A stretch of DNA of 64,000 nt, taken from an uncultured Armatimonadia bacterium. GTDB lineage: Bacteria; Armatimonadota; Zipacnadia; CAVVLO01. The stretch is taken from contig CAVVLO010000001.1 in the NCBI GenBank assembly GCA_963749155.1, positions 352,001 to 416,000 of the forward strand, read 5' to 3'. Shown in pieces: positions 1 through 11,255 of the stretch (position 1 is its first letter; each line of letters starts with the position of its first letter). The position numbers and the translations under genes were made by a program. The notes under the pieces were generated by a model. It had not been told where the DNA came from. It ran no database searches and was given only the letters and a program-made list of their open reading frames with translations.

Positions 1-831
1 GAACGAATCCGAGCTGCTGGAGCGTTATCAGATCGAGGTGCTGCCGCTCGATATGGTCGAATTCATCGAGGCGACGCGCCAGCTCGTGCGCGATCGTCAC
101 GCCCAATACGAGCCGAGCTTGCCGGACTGCGACAGCGTTTCAGCTTCGAGGGTTATAAGGACGATGAGCCTCTGCTCAACCTGCTGGGCGCGCGCGACAG
201 GTTGCTCGAGCTCGTCGAGGAGAAGCGCCTGGACGCCCTCTCGGTGCAGTCTTTTATGTCCATCTGCGATGCCCTTGGGGGCCTGGTGGAGTTCGCTTGC
301 GCCCTCGTCGCCGATGCGGGGGTGCCACTTGCTTGCGAGAGCGACCTCCACGGGGCAATCAGCGCGGTGATGCTCTCGGCGGCCACGCTCGAGACGGAGC
401 CCATCTTCTTCGCCGATCTCACCATCCGCCATCCCGAGGACGACAACGGCATCCTGCTATGGCATTGCGGCTTCCCTCCGAGCCTGGCAGGAGAAGGCTG
501 CAGGCCGCGCGTGGGCGACCATTGGATCCTCCCCGGCGAGCTTACCGGTTCTTGCCACTGGCGGCTGAAGGAAGGCCCTATCACCGTCTTCCGCTTCGAT
601 GGCGACCGGGGGCAGTATTCCGCCATTGCGGGGCAGGGAGAGAGCCGGACGGGGCCTGAGACCCTCAATACTTATGTCTGGATGCAGGTCGCCGACTGGC
701 CCACCTGGGAGCGCGCCTTCATCTACGGGCCGTATATCCACCACGTCGCCGCCTGTTATGGGCAGCGCGCCGCAGTGCTGAAGGAAGCCGCCCGCTACAT
801 CCCCGGCCTTGCTTTTGAGGAGTTGCCCTGA
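1..831 (+). CDS. L-fucose/L-arabinose isomerase-family protein, 5'-truncated by the window edge, frameshifted near 120-200
   Basis: NESELLERYQIEV at the start, then ACESDLHGAIS, LLWHCG, TYVW and GPYIHH motifs typical of FucI-related isomerases; its stop overlaps the next ATG (TGATG). Confidence 0.75.
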   Translation, partial: ERIRAAGALSDRGAAARYGRIHRGDAPARARSSRPIRAELAGLRQRFSFEGYKDDEPLLNLLGARDRLLELVEEKRLDALSVQSFMSICDALGGLVEFACALVADAGVPLACESDLHGAISAVMLSAATLETEPIFFADLTIRHPEDDNGILLWHCGFPPSLAGEGCRPRVGDHWILPGELTGSCHWRLKEGPITVFRFDGDRGQYSAIAGQGESRTGPETLNTYVWMQVADWPTWERAFIYGPYIHHVAACYGQRAAVLKEAARYIPGLAFEELP

Positions 832-3150
832 TGCCCGACCCTGGCGCGCACCTGTGGTATGACAGGCCTGCGGGCCCCTTCACCGAGGCGCTGCCAGTTG
901 GCAATGGCCGGCTGGGCGCTCTGGTTTTTGGGGGGATCACCCACGACAAGCTGGTGCTGAACGAGCAGTCGCTCTGGTCAGGCTCACCGCAGGACGCCGA
1001 CCGCCACGACGCCCACGAGGCGCTGGAGGAGCTCCGCTATCTGCTGCTCGCGGGCAAGCCCGTCGAGGCGCAGGCGCTGGTGATGGAACGCTTCATCTGC
1101 GCGGGCGCAGGCAGCGGACAGGGGCAGGGCAAATCGGTGCCTTTCGGCTGCTATCAGACCCTCGGCGCGCTCGAGACTGGACTGGCAACTGCCCGAGGGA
1201 GAGCCTAAGAATTATGTCCGGACGCTCGACCTCGAGACTGCCATCGCGACCACGAGTTTCACGCTGGAAGGCGTACTGTACCGGCGGCAGGTGTTCGCAA
1301 GTGCGCCTGCTGAAGCTTTAATCGTTCACCTCCTGGCCGACCGGCCGGGCAAGCTGACCTTCACCGCGCGGCTCTCCCGGCCCGAACGCGCCTCCGTGGA
1401 GGCCGTCTCCGCCACGGAATTGCTAATGACCGGCCAACTTGAGAGTGGTTCTGAGGCGCCTGGGATGCGTTTCGCCGCGCGCCTTGAGGCAGTTGTCGAG
1501 GGCGGCAAGGTGGAAGCGATCGATGGAGCGCTTTCCATCAGGGGCGCTGACGAGGTGTTGCTCTTTATCACCGCCGCGACTGACTATCAAGGCTTCGCCG
1601 GACGCCGCACCCTCGATCCGGTCGCCGCGAGCCTGGCCGATATTGAAGCCGCCGCTTCCCAGTCCTGGCGAGCGCTGCTCTCCGCGCATCTGGCCGACCA
1701 TCGGCGCTGGTTTGACCGCTGCAAGCTGGACCTGCCAGAAGGCCCCTCTTCCCACCTGCCTACCGACCAGCGGCTTGCGGCTTTCGCCAAAGGCGAGGCC
1801 GATCCGGCGCTTGCGGCCCTCTACTTTGCCTATGGCCGCTATCTCCTGATCGGCAGCTCTCGCCCAGGTGGCCTGCCCGCCAACCTGCAAGGGCTTTGGG
1901 CTGAGGAATTGCAGACGCCCTGGAACAGCGATTACCACCTCAACATCAATGTCCAGATGAATTACTGGCCCGCCGAGGTCACCGGCCTGTCCGAGCTTGT
2001 CGAACCCCTGGTTGCGCTGACCGAGTCGCTGGTCGAACCAGGTGGTCGCACGGCGCGCCACTATTATGATGCTCCTGGCTGGGTCGCGCATACGGTGACC
2101 AATGTTTGGGGGTTCACCTCACCCGGCGAAAGCGCCCACTGGGGCGCGACGCTGACCTGTGGCATCTGGCTGTGCGAGCATCTCTTCGACCACTATGCCT
2201 TCACGGGCGACCGCACCTATCTGGCACGTGTATGGCCCGTGCTGAGAGGCGCGGCCGAGTTCGCCCTGGCCATCCTGGTAGAAGAACCCTCTCACGGCTG
2301 GCTTGTAACCGCCCCGTCCAACTCGCCCGAGAACAGCTACCGGCTGCCTGACGACCACGTGGTGTCGCTTGCCCTCGGCCCGACGATGGATATGCAGCTA
2401 CTCCGCGAGTTATTTTCCAACTGTATCGAGACCTGCCGCGTGCTGGGAGTGGACGGCGATTTCTCGCGCAAGCTGGAAGCCGCCCGGGCGCGCCTTGCGC
2501 CCAACCAGATCGGCAAGCATGGCCAGTTGCAGGAATGGCTTCAGGACTGGGAGGAAGTGGAGCTTCAACATCGCCATACCTCCCACCTTTACGGTCTTTA
2601 TCCGGCCTCCGAGATAACCCCAGAGGGCACTCCGGAGCTTGCCGAAGCCGCCAAAGTGACGCTGGCGAGGCGCGGAGATGTCGGTACCGGCTGGTCTCTG
2701 GCCTGGAAGGTCGCCTTCTGGGCGCGCCTCCTGGATGGCGACCATGCACTGAGGCTCCTCGCCCAACTGCTGCGGCCGGCTGGCGGAGGCGTGGACTATG
2801 CTGGCAACGGCTCCGGCACTTATCCCAACCTGTTCTGCGCTCATCCGCCTTTCCAGATGGACGGCAACTTCGGGGGCTCGGCAGCCATCGCAGAGCTGCT
2901 GCTCCAGAGCCACGCTGGAGAGCTTCACCTGCTGCCGGCCCTGCCCGCGGCCTGGCCGGAAGGGCGCGTGAAGGGCCTTCGCGCGCGCGGCGGCTTCCAG
3001 GTGGACCTCGCCTGGGAGGAGGGACGACTGACCGAGGCCGTAGTTCGTTCGACCCTCGGAGGGCGCTGCGTGGTGCGGTATGGTACGACTCGGCAAGAAC
3101 TCGCCACCGAGCCAGGCGGCGTCTATCACCTCGGCCCGCCGCGCCCTTAG
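831..3150 (+). CDS. GH95 alpha-L-fucosidase/L-galactosidase-family protein, one frameshift near 1176
   Basis: [12 protein letters not shown] and LNEQSLWSG in ORF 831-1208; [45 protein letters not shown] and [11 protein letters not shown] in ORF 1291-3150; the frames join by removing one base. Confidence 0.92.
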
Positions 3151-5088
3151 GGGAACATATTAAGCGTCTGCAGTCCTGTGACGATGCCGAAAAGGTTCCA
3201 CCAGGTGGCCATCAGGAACTCTCCGAGCACCAGCCCGAGGAAGAAAGGCAAGGCCGTGCGGTAGAGGCGCAGGCCTCCGTAGCGCATTATAAGCAGCTTC
3301 GCGAGCCAGGCGATGAAGAAGGACACCCACAGCAGGTTGGTAGACCAGTTGCCCGCCAGCGCAAAGCCCACCGGGTGGAAGGGGAACCACATCAGTCGCA
3401 TACGCAGGGTGTTGAGCAACAGCGTCAGCCCCAGCCCGCCCCCAGCAGCCCAGGCGGCGCGTATTTCCGGCTGGCCTGTCCCGCGCAGGAAAGACTCCAG
3501 CCTGGCCCAGGGCTCCATACCGAACCAGCGCGGGCTCTGCATCTTCGCAAGTGCCCCAAACTGATACGCCGCGTGAAGCTCTGCCCACAGGCCCGACAGG
3601 AAGCCGACCCCGAGCGCCAGCATCATCGCCCAGGCAAGCTTCCGATAGCCGAAATGACCGCGCTCGGCCAGCTTGAAGCCTTCCAGCTGCAGAGGCATCG
3701 GGTGCGAGCGATACGAGCGGTTGTACCACCAGTTCAGGGTCATCCCAATGAGGTTCTCCCTGCCCAGCCTGTGCGGCCCGATAAACTTCGGTAGCAGACT
3801 GTCAGGCCCCACCAGGTAGAAATCCTGCACCGGCGGGCCAAGTTCGGCTCTCATCCGCGCCTGCGCGATGGCCAGTGCGATATAGATGGCGAGGAAGGCC
3901 ACCGTGAGCCAGTTGGCCATCCCCACGAAACGCCCGAAAGCGAACAGGATTATCAACCCGCCCAGCGCCCCGAAGGCCGCTACGCGATACGGCAGCGGTT
4001 CTCGTTCATCGTCAAGCTTCTCGCCGCGCTTTGTGATGGAAGAGAGCAACCCCAGCAGGTTGCGCCTGCCTGTCCACACCGCAAAGACGAAAAGCCCAAT
4101 CAACGCGCCAAAGGACTGCTCCGCCGGCCAGGGGTAGCCTGGTGTCTGGCTCCACCCGACCAGCGCGCCGAAGACCAGTTGGGCCTTCAGCAGCAGGTAG
4201 AAGAACCACGCCGAGAAGGACAGCTCCACCGGAAGCAGTACGCCAAGGCCTACCGCGAAGGGATACAGGCGCAGCGGAAACCACCCGACCGCGTTCCAGG
4301 GCGGCACTACAAGGTAGGTCTGCAGGTCGATGGCCTTCAAGTTGAGACTCGGCACCGCCGGATAAAGTGTAGTCAATCCGGCCAGTATGTCCTGCGAGGC
4401 CGCAAGCGCCAGGCCAATCCACAGCAGCCTGTTGCGGAAGAAACGCCCCGGATTGGAGGTTAGCTCCAGCGGCAGCAAGGTGAGCGGGTAGGTCAACCGC
4501 TCGCGCTCTGTCCACTGCTTGCGCAGCAGCGTGGTGAAGCAGAGCAGCACGAACGTCAGTACGAGGAAGAAGCGCCATCCAGGCAAGCCCTGGCACCAGC
4601 CAGGCCTTCACCACCGGCCAGGTGTAGAAGGTCGTTGCTCCCTCGAAGAAGCCCTTCACCGCCTCCGGCTGACGCACGGTCAGCCAGGTGGGCAGCCGGT
4701 CTATGAACAACTCGTCCCACTGGTTTTCGGCGGTCGCAAAGCGGAAGGGGTAGACGATTACTGGTACCAGAATCTGCAGCATATCGTGGCTTGGCGCCAC
4801 CGAGACAAGCTCTGCCATTATGTATATGGTGAGCAACTCGGCCTGCGTAAGGGCCTTGCTCGGTAGCCAGCGCTTAAGTGGCGCATTCAGGACGAGTAGT
4901 ACGAGCAGTAAGGTGATGGCATTGTAGAAAAGCGCAAGGCAGGTCGGGTGGCCTGTGTATTTCACGCTCTCGGCCAGATACAGCCAGTAGGAGTTGAAAG
5001 GCGCAAACAGCAGCGCAATAAAGACCGCGCGCAGCGTAACGCCGCGCGCAAGGGACTTGCCAACTGAAGAGTATTCCGCCTGTTGCAT
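3147..5088 (-). CDS. DUF6785/DUF6784-type polytopic membrane protein (putative transporter), frameshift near 4580
   Basis: Two hydrophobic ORFs (4012-5088, 3147-4586) join; motifs LRKQW.E.ERL.YPL, R.RAELGPP and W.PFHPVG, and many TM segments. Confidence 0.7.
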
Positions 5089-5190
5089 TACCAGGAAGAG
5101 TTCGCCCTCCCCAACCCGGGTTCCTGCGGGGCAGGGGCTTGCGCTTCAACACTGAACTAGACCCTCACTGTTTCCTGGGGAGGACTTGAT

Positions 5191-8100
5191 ATGAGCAGAC
5201 TTGCGCTGATTGTACTGGCAACGATTGCCCTGTTTAGCTGTTTGACGCCACTTTGGGCCGCTGGCGAGTTGGCTGCCGGCTTCAACACTCCGCCCGACTG
5301 GTCAAGGCCCTGGGTTTACTGGTTCTGGCTGAACGGCAACATAACGCGCGAGGGCATCACCCTCGACCTCGAAGCGATGGCGCGCCAGGGCATTGGCGGC
5401 GTGCTTATTATGGAAGTGGACCAGGGCGCCCCGGTAGGCCCGGTCGACTTTGCCAGCGACGAGTGGCGCGACCTGTTCAAGTTTGTCTGCAGCGAAGCCG
5501 ACCGGCTTGGCCTTGAGGTTAATATGAACAGCGACGCCGGCTGGAATGGCTCCGGCGGGCCGTGGATCACCCCAGCCCTCGCGATGCAAAAGGTGACCTG
5601 GAGCGAGACCCCTGTCACCGGCCCCTCCTTCTTCGATGCCGACCTGCCCCAGCCGGCGACGGTTTGGGATTATTACCAGGACATCGCCGTGCTGGCTGTG
5701 CCAGCTACCGACTGGCGCATCCCTGACATACTGGCAAAGCGGCCTTCCGTCGGCAGGATTTCGGCAACCAGGCTAGCTATGGAGAGGCTCCCGAAGGCCA
5801 GAGCGTCCCGCGCGAACAGGTACTTGATATTACGTCCTCCATCGTTGCCCCAGGCCACCTGCACTGGGATGTACCTGAGGGCAAGTGGACGATCCTGCGC
5901 TTCGGTTTCACGCCAACCGGCGCGGTCAATGGTCCCGCCCCCGCCTCGGGTACTGGCCCTGAGCCTGACAAGCTGAGCAAGGCCGGTGCAAAGGCCGCAA
6001 TTGACGGCTTCATCGGCAAGCTGGCCGACCGATAATGCGTCTCTGACCGGCAAGAGCTTCGTCCGCACCCATATTGATAGCTGGGAGAACGGCTCACAAA
6101 ACTGGACTCCCTTGATGCCGCAGGAGTTCGAGGCTCTGCGCGGCTACGACCTGAAGCCCTTCCTGCCCGTCTTCACTGGCCGCGTCGTGGACAGCCTGGA
6201 GATCTCAGAGCGTTTCCTTTGGGATCTCCGCCAGACCGTCTCCGACCTGCTGCTCGAAAATCACGCCGGCGAGATGGCCCGCCTGGCCGCTCAGCACGGG
6301 ATGGGCCTCTCAATCGAGGCTTACGGCGACACGACAGTGGATAACCTCGCCTACGCGGGCCGCGCGGACGAGCCGATGGGCGAGTTCTGGTCCTGGCCGT
6401 CCTTCGGCGCGGAGGGTACGCTGACCGAGATGGCCTCGGCGGCCCATCTCTACGGGCGCCCGATCGTCGGCGCAGAAGCCTTTACCGCCGGCGATGGCGA
6501 GAAATGGCTCTACGATCCCGCCTACATCAAGTCGATGGGCGACCGCGCCTACTGCCTGGGCATCAACCGGTTCGTCTTCCACCGGTATGCTATGCAGCCG
6601 TGGACCGATCGCCGTCCTGGGATGACGATGGGCCCCTGGGGCCTGCATTGGGAGCGCACCCAGACCTGGTGGGAAGAGTCCGGCGCTTATCATCAGTATC
6701 TGGCCAGGTGCCAGTTCCTCCTGCAACAAGGGAAACCTGTTGTAGACCTGCTCTATCTGGCGCCTGAAGGCGCCCCGCGCGACTACAATGTGCCTCCTTC
6801 ACTCGAAGCCACTGGTTATAAGGGCGATGCCTGCCCCACCGAGATAGTCCTGGAGCGACTTTCGGTTAAGGATGGCCTGCTGGTGACACCCGAGGGGATG
6901 AGCTACCGCGCCCTCGTGCTGCCTGGCTCGCCCACGATGACGCCAGAGCTGCTGGCGAAGCTCTCCTGGCTCGCTCGGTCCGGCGCAACGATCATCGGCC
7001 CGGCGCCGGAGAAGGCTTGCGGCCTTACCGGCTATCCCGAAGCTGATGCCGAGGTCGCCCAGGCTGCCGCGAAGCTGTGGGAGAGCGGCCGTATACTGCC
7101 ACCGCAGGAGCCAACCGAGTGGCTGGCCAAGCGCGGCATCGCGCCCGACTTCACCTCGGACCGTAACCTCGCCTTCGTCCACCATCAGATTGGCGACCTG
7201 GACCTTTACTTCGTCTCCAATCCCTTCAAGCACGCGGTCAACGCCACTTGCATCTTCCGGATGAAGGACAAGCACATCGAGTTGTGGGATCCCGAAACCG
7301 GGCAGATTTCGCCAGTCGCCTCCTGCCAGCCTTATGGCGACCAGACGCTGCTGCCGCTGCGTTTGGAGCAGTCCCAGGCTGTGTTCGTCGTCTTCAGGCC
7401 GGGCAAGCCCACCACTCCAGTGGTTTCCTACATCACGGAGGCAGGCGCGCATATATGGCCGGCCGAGACCGCCCAGTCTCCGGTGACTATCCTTCGCGCC
7501 ATCTGGGGCCCCAGGCGTTCCAGAGATGTCACAGGCTATGTACAGCGCATCGTGGACAGCGGCCGCACCAGCTTCCCCGTGTTGGAGCTGCTTGGGGCTG
7601 GCGATCCCGCGCCTCAGATCGTGAAGACGCTTACCGTGGATTATGAAGTCGAGGGCAAGCAGCTCTCGGCAGCCGCCAAGGATGGGGAGACTATAACCCT
7701 TCAGGCGCCGAGCGGCGCCAAGGTCGCCATCACGCGCGCCACCTGGGGCCCGACCGGCGATGAAGAGCGCTTCAAGGACGTCACCGAGCAGGTGCAGCAA
7801 CTGCTGGACAGCGGGCGCAAGAGTTTCGTTGTGGCCGAACTCGCCAGTAAGGGCGATCCCGCTCCCAACATCGTGAAGACGCTGGATGTCGAGTATGAGA
7901 GCGAAGGCCAGCAATACCAGGTCTCTGCCACCGATTCGGAATCTATCTACTTCCAGTTGCAAGAGGATGAGCAGCCCCGCCTGATGCCCTTCCGCGATGC
8001 CGGAGGCGCGTTGAAGCTCGAGGTCAGCCAGGCCGGCGAATATGAAGTCGTCCTGAGTGACGGCTCCTCGCGCGCCTTCACCGGAGGCGCTCCGCGTAAA

Positions 8101-8667
8101 ATTGACGTGCTCGGAAGTTGGGACCTGACCTTCTCCGAGGGCTGGGGCGCGCCTGCGCGCGCGACTTTCCCGACGCTGACAAGCTGGAGCGACTCGCCTG
8201 ATGAGGGCATCAAGTATTTCTCCGGCACCGCAACCTATCATAAGACCCTCCGCCTGCCGCGTGGCCTGTTCGGAGCTGACCGAAGGATCTGCCTCGACCT
8301 CGGCCGGGTCGCCTCGATGGCGCGCGTTAAGCTCAACGGGCAGGACCTTGGCCTGCTGTGGAAGGCGCCCTTCCGCCTCGACATAACCAAGGTGGCCAAG
8401 CCAGGCGACAATCAACTGGAGATTGAAGTTACCAACCTCTGGCCCAACCGGATGATCGGCGATGAGTTCTTGCCCGAGGACAGCGATCGCTGGTCCAATG
8501 GCACACTCAAGGCCTGGCCCGACTGGCTCGAAGAGGGCAAGCCCAGCCCCACCGGCCGCTTCACCTTCACCTCGTGGCGGCTTTGGCACGAGGGAGATGA
8601 ACTGCAGCCCTCCGGCCTGCTTGGCCCTGTCACTGTGACTTCGACGCAGTTGATCTCGCTTGATTAG
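5191..8667 (+). CDS. Secreted GH106 alpha-L-rhamnosidase-family protein with two inserted repeat domains; frameshifts near 5740 and 6030
   Basis: Signal peptide; RPWVYWFWLNGNITREGIT.DLEAM, SGGPWITP, HIDSWE, AEAFT, GINRFVFH, KYFSG.A.Y and EVTNLWPNR.IGD...SGLLGPV. Confidence 0.88.
7483..7953 (+). repeat. Tandem intragenic duplication of a ~75-aa domain (GDPAP.IVKTL.V.Y) inside the GH106 gene
   Basis: VTILRAIWGP...DVT...VDSGR.SF...GDPAPQIVKTLTVDYE versus VAITRATWGP...DVT...LDSGR.SF...GDPAPNIVKTLDVEYE; DNA similarity is also visible at ~7601 and ~7852. Confidence 0.85.
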
Positions 8668-8678
8668 GAGAAGCTCAG

Positions 8679-9926
8679 ATGACCTGCTCGCAGGCTGATC
8701 GCGATATCGTCCGGCGTCTGGCGGAGGAATATGCCGCTCTCGCAGCGCTGCCTATCCAGCGCGAACGCGCCGCCGAGTGGACGCGTCTGAATGACCTCGT
8801 CCCAGGCCGGCCGCTGCTCTGGATCAACGAGTTGCCCTGGCAGGAACTCAACTTCAACAACGAGCTGACCCTCCTCTGCCAGGACGCTTTCTGCCAGGGC
8901 GTGGAGTGGGAGCTGCGCTCTACTCTCTATCAGTGGCGCCATCTCCCAGGCGATATGGTGATCGAGCCAGTCCTCTACAGCAACCTGGTGATCCACGACA
9001 CGGGCTTCGGCATCCAGCAGGAGGGGGAGATAATCATCCAGGAGGGCGGGGCCCTCGCCTCGCAAGAGTTCGACCCTCAGATCACCTGCGAGGCCGATAT
9101 CGAGAAGATCAAGACGCCCGTCGTCACGCACGATATTGAAGCAAGCGAGGCCAATTTTCAGCGGTTGGTGGCGCTCGTGGGCGACCTCGTCCCCGTCCGC
9201 AAGCGCGGCATCGCGACCGCGTGGTTCGCGCCCTGGGATGAGCTTATCCGCTGGTGGGGTGTCCAGCCGGCCCTGATGGATATGGTCGAGCGACCCGAAC
9301 TCGTCCATCTGGGGATGGACCGCCTGGTAAACGCCTATCTCGCGCGCCTCGACCAGTGGGTGGAACAGAACCTCCTCTCCCTGCCCGAGGGCAATTATCG
9401 CGTCGGTTCGGGCGGTTATGCCTACACCAGCGACCTGCCGGCGGCGGATTTCGACCCCGAGCGCGTCCGGCCCCTCGACCAGTGGGGTCATGCGACGCCG
9501 CAGATCTTCTCGACTGTCTCGCCGGCGATGCACGAAGAGTTCGCTCTCCAGTACGAGCGCCGCTGGCTCGAGCGGTTCGGCCTGACCTATTATGGCTGCT
9601 GCGAGCCGCTGGACGTGAAGCTTGGCATCCTCGCCTCGGTGCCCAACCTGCGGAAGGTCTCGATGAGCCCGTGGGCCAGCCTCGCCTCGGCCGTCGAGCA
9701 GGCGGGCGGGAAGTATGTCTTCTCCCACAAGCCCAACCCGGCCGTGCTGGCGGAGGATCGCTTCAGGCCCGAAGTCGCGCGGCAGTTCCTCTCCGAGGCC
9801 CTGGAGCAGTGCCGCGGCTGCCCGGTGGAGGTCATCCTGAAAGACGTCAGCACCGTCCGCGGCGACCCTCAGCGCCTCTGGGCCTGGGCCGAGCTGGCCA
9901 GAGAAGTGTGCGAGGAGTTTGGCTAG
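8679..9926 (+). CDS. Uroporphyrinogen decarboxylase (URO-D)/MtaA-CmuA superfamily protein
   Basis: Intact 415-aa ORF with RBS AGGAG, 11 bp after the GH106 stop; VSP.M.EEF, YGCCEPLD and K.S.SPWA motifs. Confidence 0.75.
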   Translation: MTCSQADRDIVRRLAEEYAALAALPIQRERAAEWTRLNDLVPGRPLLWINELPWQELNFNNELTLLCQDAFCQGVEWELRSTLYQWRHLPGDMVIEPVLYSNLVIHDTGFGIQQEGEIIIQEGGALASQEFDPQITCEADIEKIKTPVVTHDIEASEANFQRLVALVGDLVPVRKRGIATAWFAPWDELIRWWGVQPALMDMVERPELVHLGMDRLVNAYLARLDQWVEQNLLSLPEGNYRVGSGGYAYTSDLPAADFDPERVRPLDQWGHATPQIFSTVSPAMHEEFALQYERRWLERFGLTYYGCCEPLDVKLGILASVPNLRKVSMSPWASLASAVEQAGGKYVFSHKPNPAVLAEDRFRPEVARQFLSEALEQCRGCPVEVILKDVSTVRGDPQRLWAWAELAREVCEEFG

Positions 9927-10013
9927 GGCGGGGCTTGCCAAGGCTCAGTTTCGCATGCAGAAAACTTCATATGGATTTAATATCGTGGTGGGGGGTAAAG
10001 GGTATTAAAGGTG

Positions 10014-10019
10014 TATAAT
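10014..10019 (+). promoter_or_regulatory. Candidate -10 element (TATAAT) in an AT-rich patch upstream of the degenerate gene
   Basis: Exact TATAAT in an AT-rich stretch ~45 bp before the ATG at 10065; no clear -35. Confidence 0.4.
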
Positions 10020-10064
10020 AGTATCAGAAGCGCCCATTTTACTCACCAGCTAGAGGTGGAGAAG

Positions 10065-11190
10065 ATGAAGTTCGCTACAATTCCCTTGCTGTGTGCACTT
10101 GTTTTCGCCCTTTGCCTACCTTCCTTCGCTCTGACCGAACAACAGGCCATCCAGGCAGTTCGCGATTTTGAGAAGAACCAGAGCCTGAAGGTGACAGGCG
10201 GCTCTTCTGGAGCGATGCGGCCTCATTCCCAGCTGGGCCTCGGTACTTCGACTCACTCAGTATACGCAGTCAAGGCTGACGTCTGCATTAACGGATGTAC
10301 AGAGGCCTACATGATAGCCGAATATCGCGTCGGTTCAGGTCCAGTCTGTCGCCTACACAATGGAAGGCGCCGGGCATCCTGTAACCGAAGTCCACAGGCC
10401 GAGGTCATTGCTGACAGTTATGCCACTGCACATACGCCAGGCTTTAGCCAGGAGCCAGTGGACAGCACTCGACGGCGAGTGCTGAGGGGACCACAGAGTA
10501 CCTTACTATCGGGCCCTTGCCAACGGTGCGAAGCCGACCTTGATGGTTGTACGGTGGATGTACCTGTGCACAGGTGTGTGACTGCATACACCAGACCACG
10601 AGGGCGTACGTCGCGCAGAGCGGTGACAGCCACGCTAGTCATCTCGAGCAGACGCGGCTGCTCGCTGTCGTTGATGAGTTCCTATCTCTGACGGCAGACG
10701 CCGGACGAGTAGTGTACTGGTCGCGACTGCAGACTCACTCCGTGTACTACCAGTTCCATTTCGGGAGCCAAGACTGAACAGGAGATTGATGCAGGCTTAC
10801 CTGTCAGTCTGTCGCCGTAGATGCAAACAGTGGCGATCGTTGTGTATGTGACTGGCTAGCGTGGTACCTCATCTCCGGAACCCCAACATGCCGCCGACGG
10901 GAGAAAGGGTCAGGAGATTGGAACCATACCACCGCTCCGCATGAGCTACACTGAGTACCATACAAAGCGGTGGACTGAAGGCCCTGGCCAGGCGCTTGAC
11001 CTATACGTGGCTTCGCCGTCAGACGTGTTCTGGATGATCACGGGTGACATGCAGCCAGGTCGAGGCCGCCGTGTTCTTCCTCGCGTGCTTCGGACTACTT
11101 GGGCTGGGGCTGTACCGGCTCAACAAGTGGCTGGTCCACAGTCGTCGGGCACCAGCACCTCAAACAACAGTTAACGAGTGAGTGGTCACT
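10065..11190 (+). pseudogene. Degenerate or error-rich gene for a secreted protein (PepSY-like start)
   Basis: Clean signal peptide MKFATIPLLCALVFALCLPSFA followed by LTEQQAIQAVRDF, after which no frame stays protein-like; ends at a terminator. Confidence 0.5.
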
Positions 11191-11200
11191 TAATCATAGA

Positions 11201-11240
11201 AAAGCCCCGGCCGTCCTCGTGAGGTCGGGGCTTTGCTTTG
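11201..11240. terminator. Bidirectional intrinsic terminator
   Basis: AAAGCCCCGGCC (11201-11212) pairs with GGTCGGGGCTTT (11223-11234), with A and T tracts on either side, between convergent genes. Confidence 0.75.
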
Positions 11241-11255
11241 GCGGCGGAGTTTGCT

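Noticed and set aside
9914..11254. GGAGTTTG at both sides of the degenerate region as a target-site duplication
   Set aside because: Only 8 bp, one copy is inside the upstream coding sequence, and a chance match is plausible.
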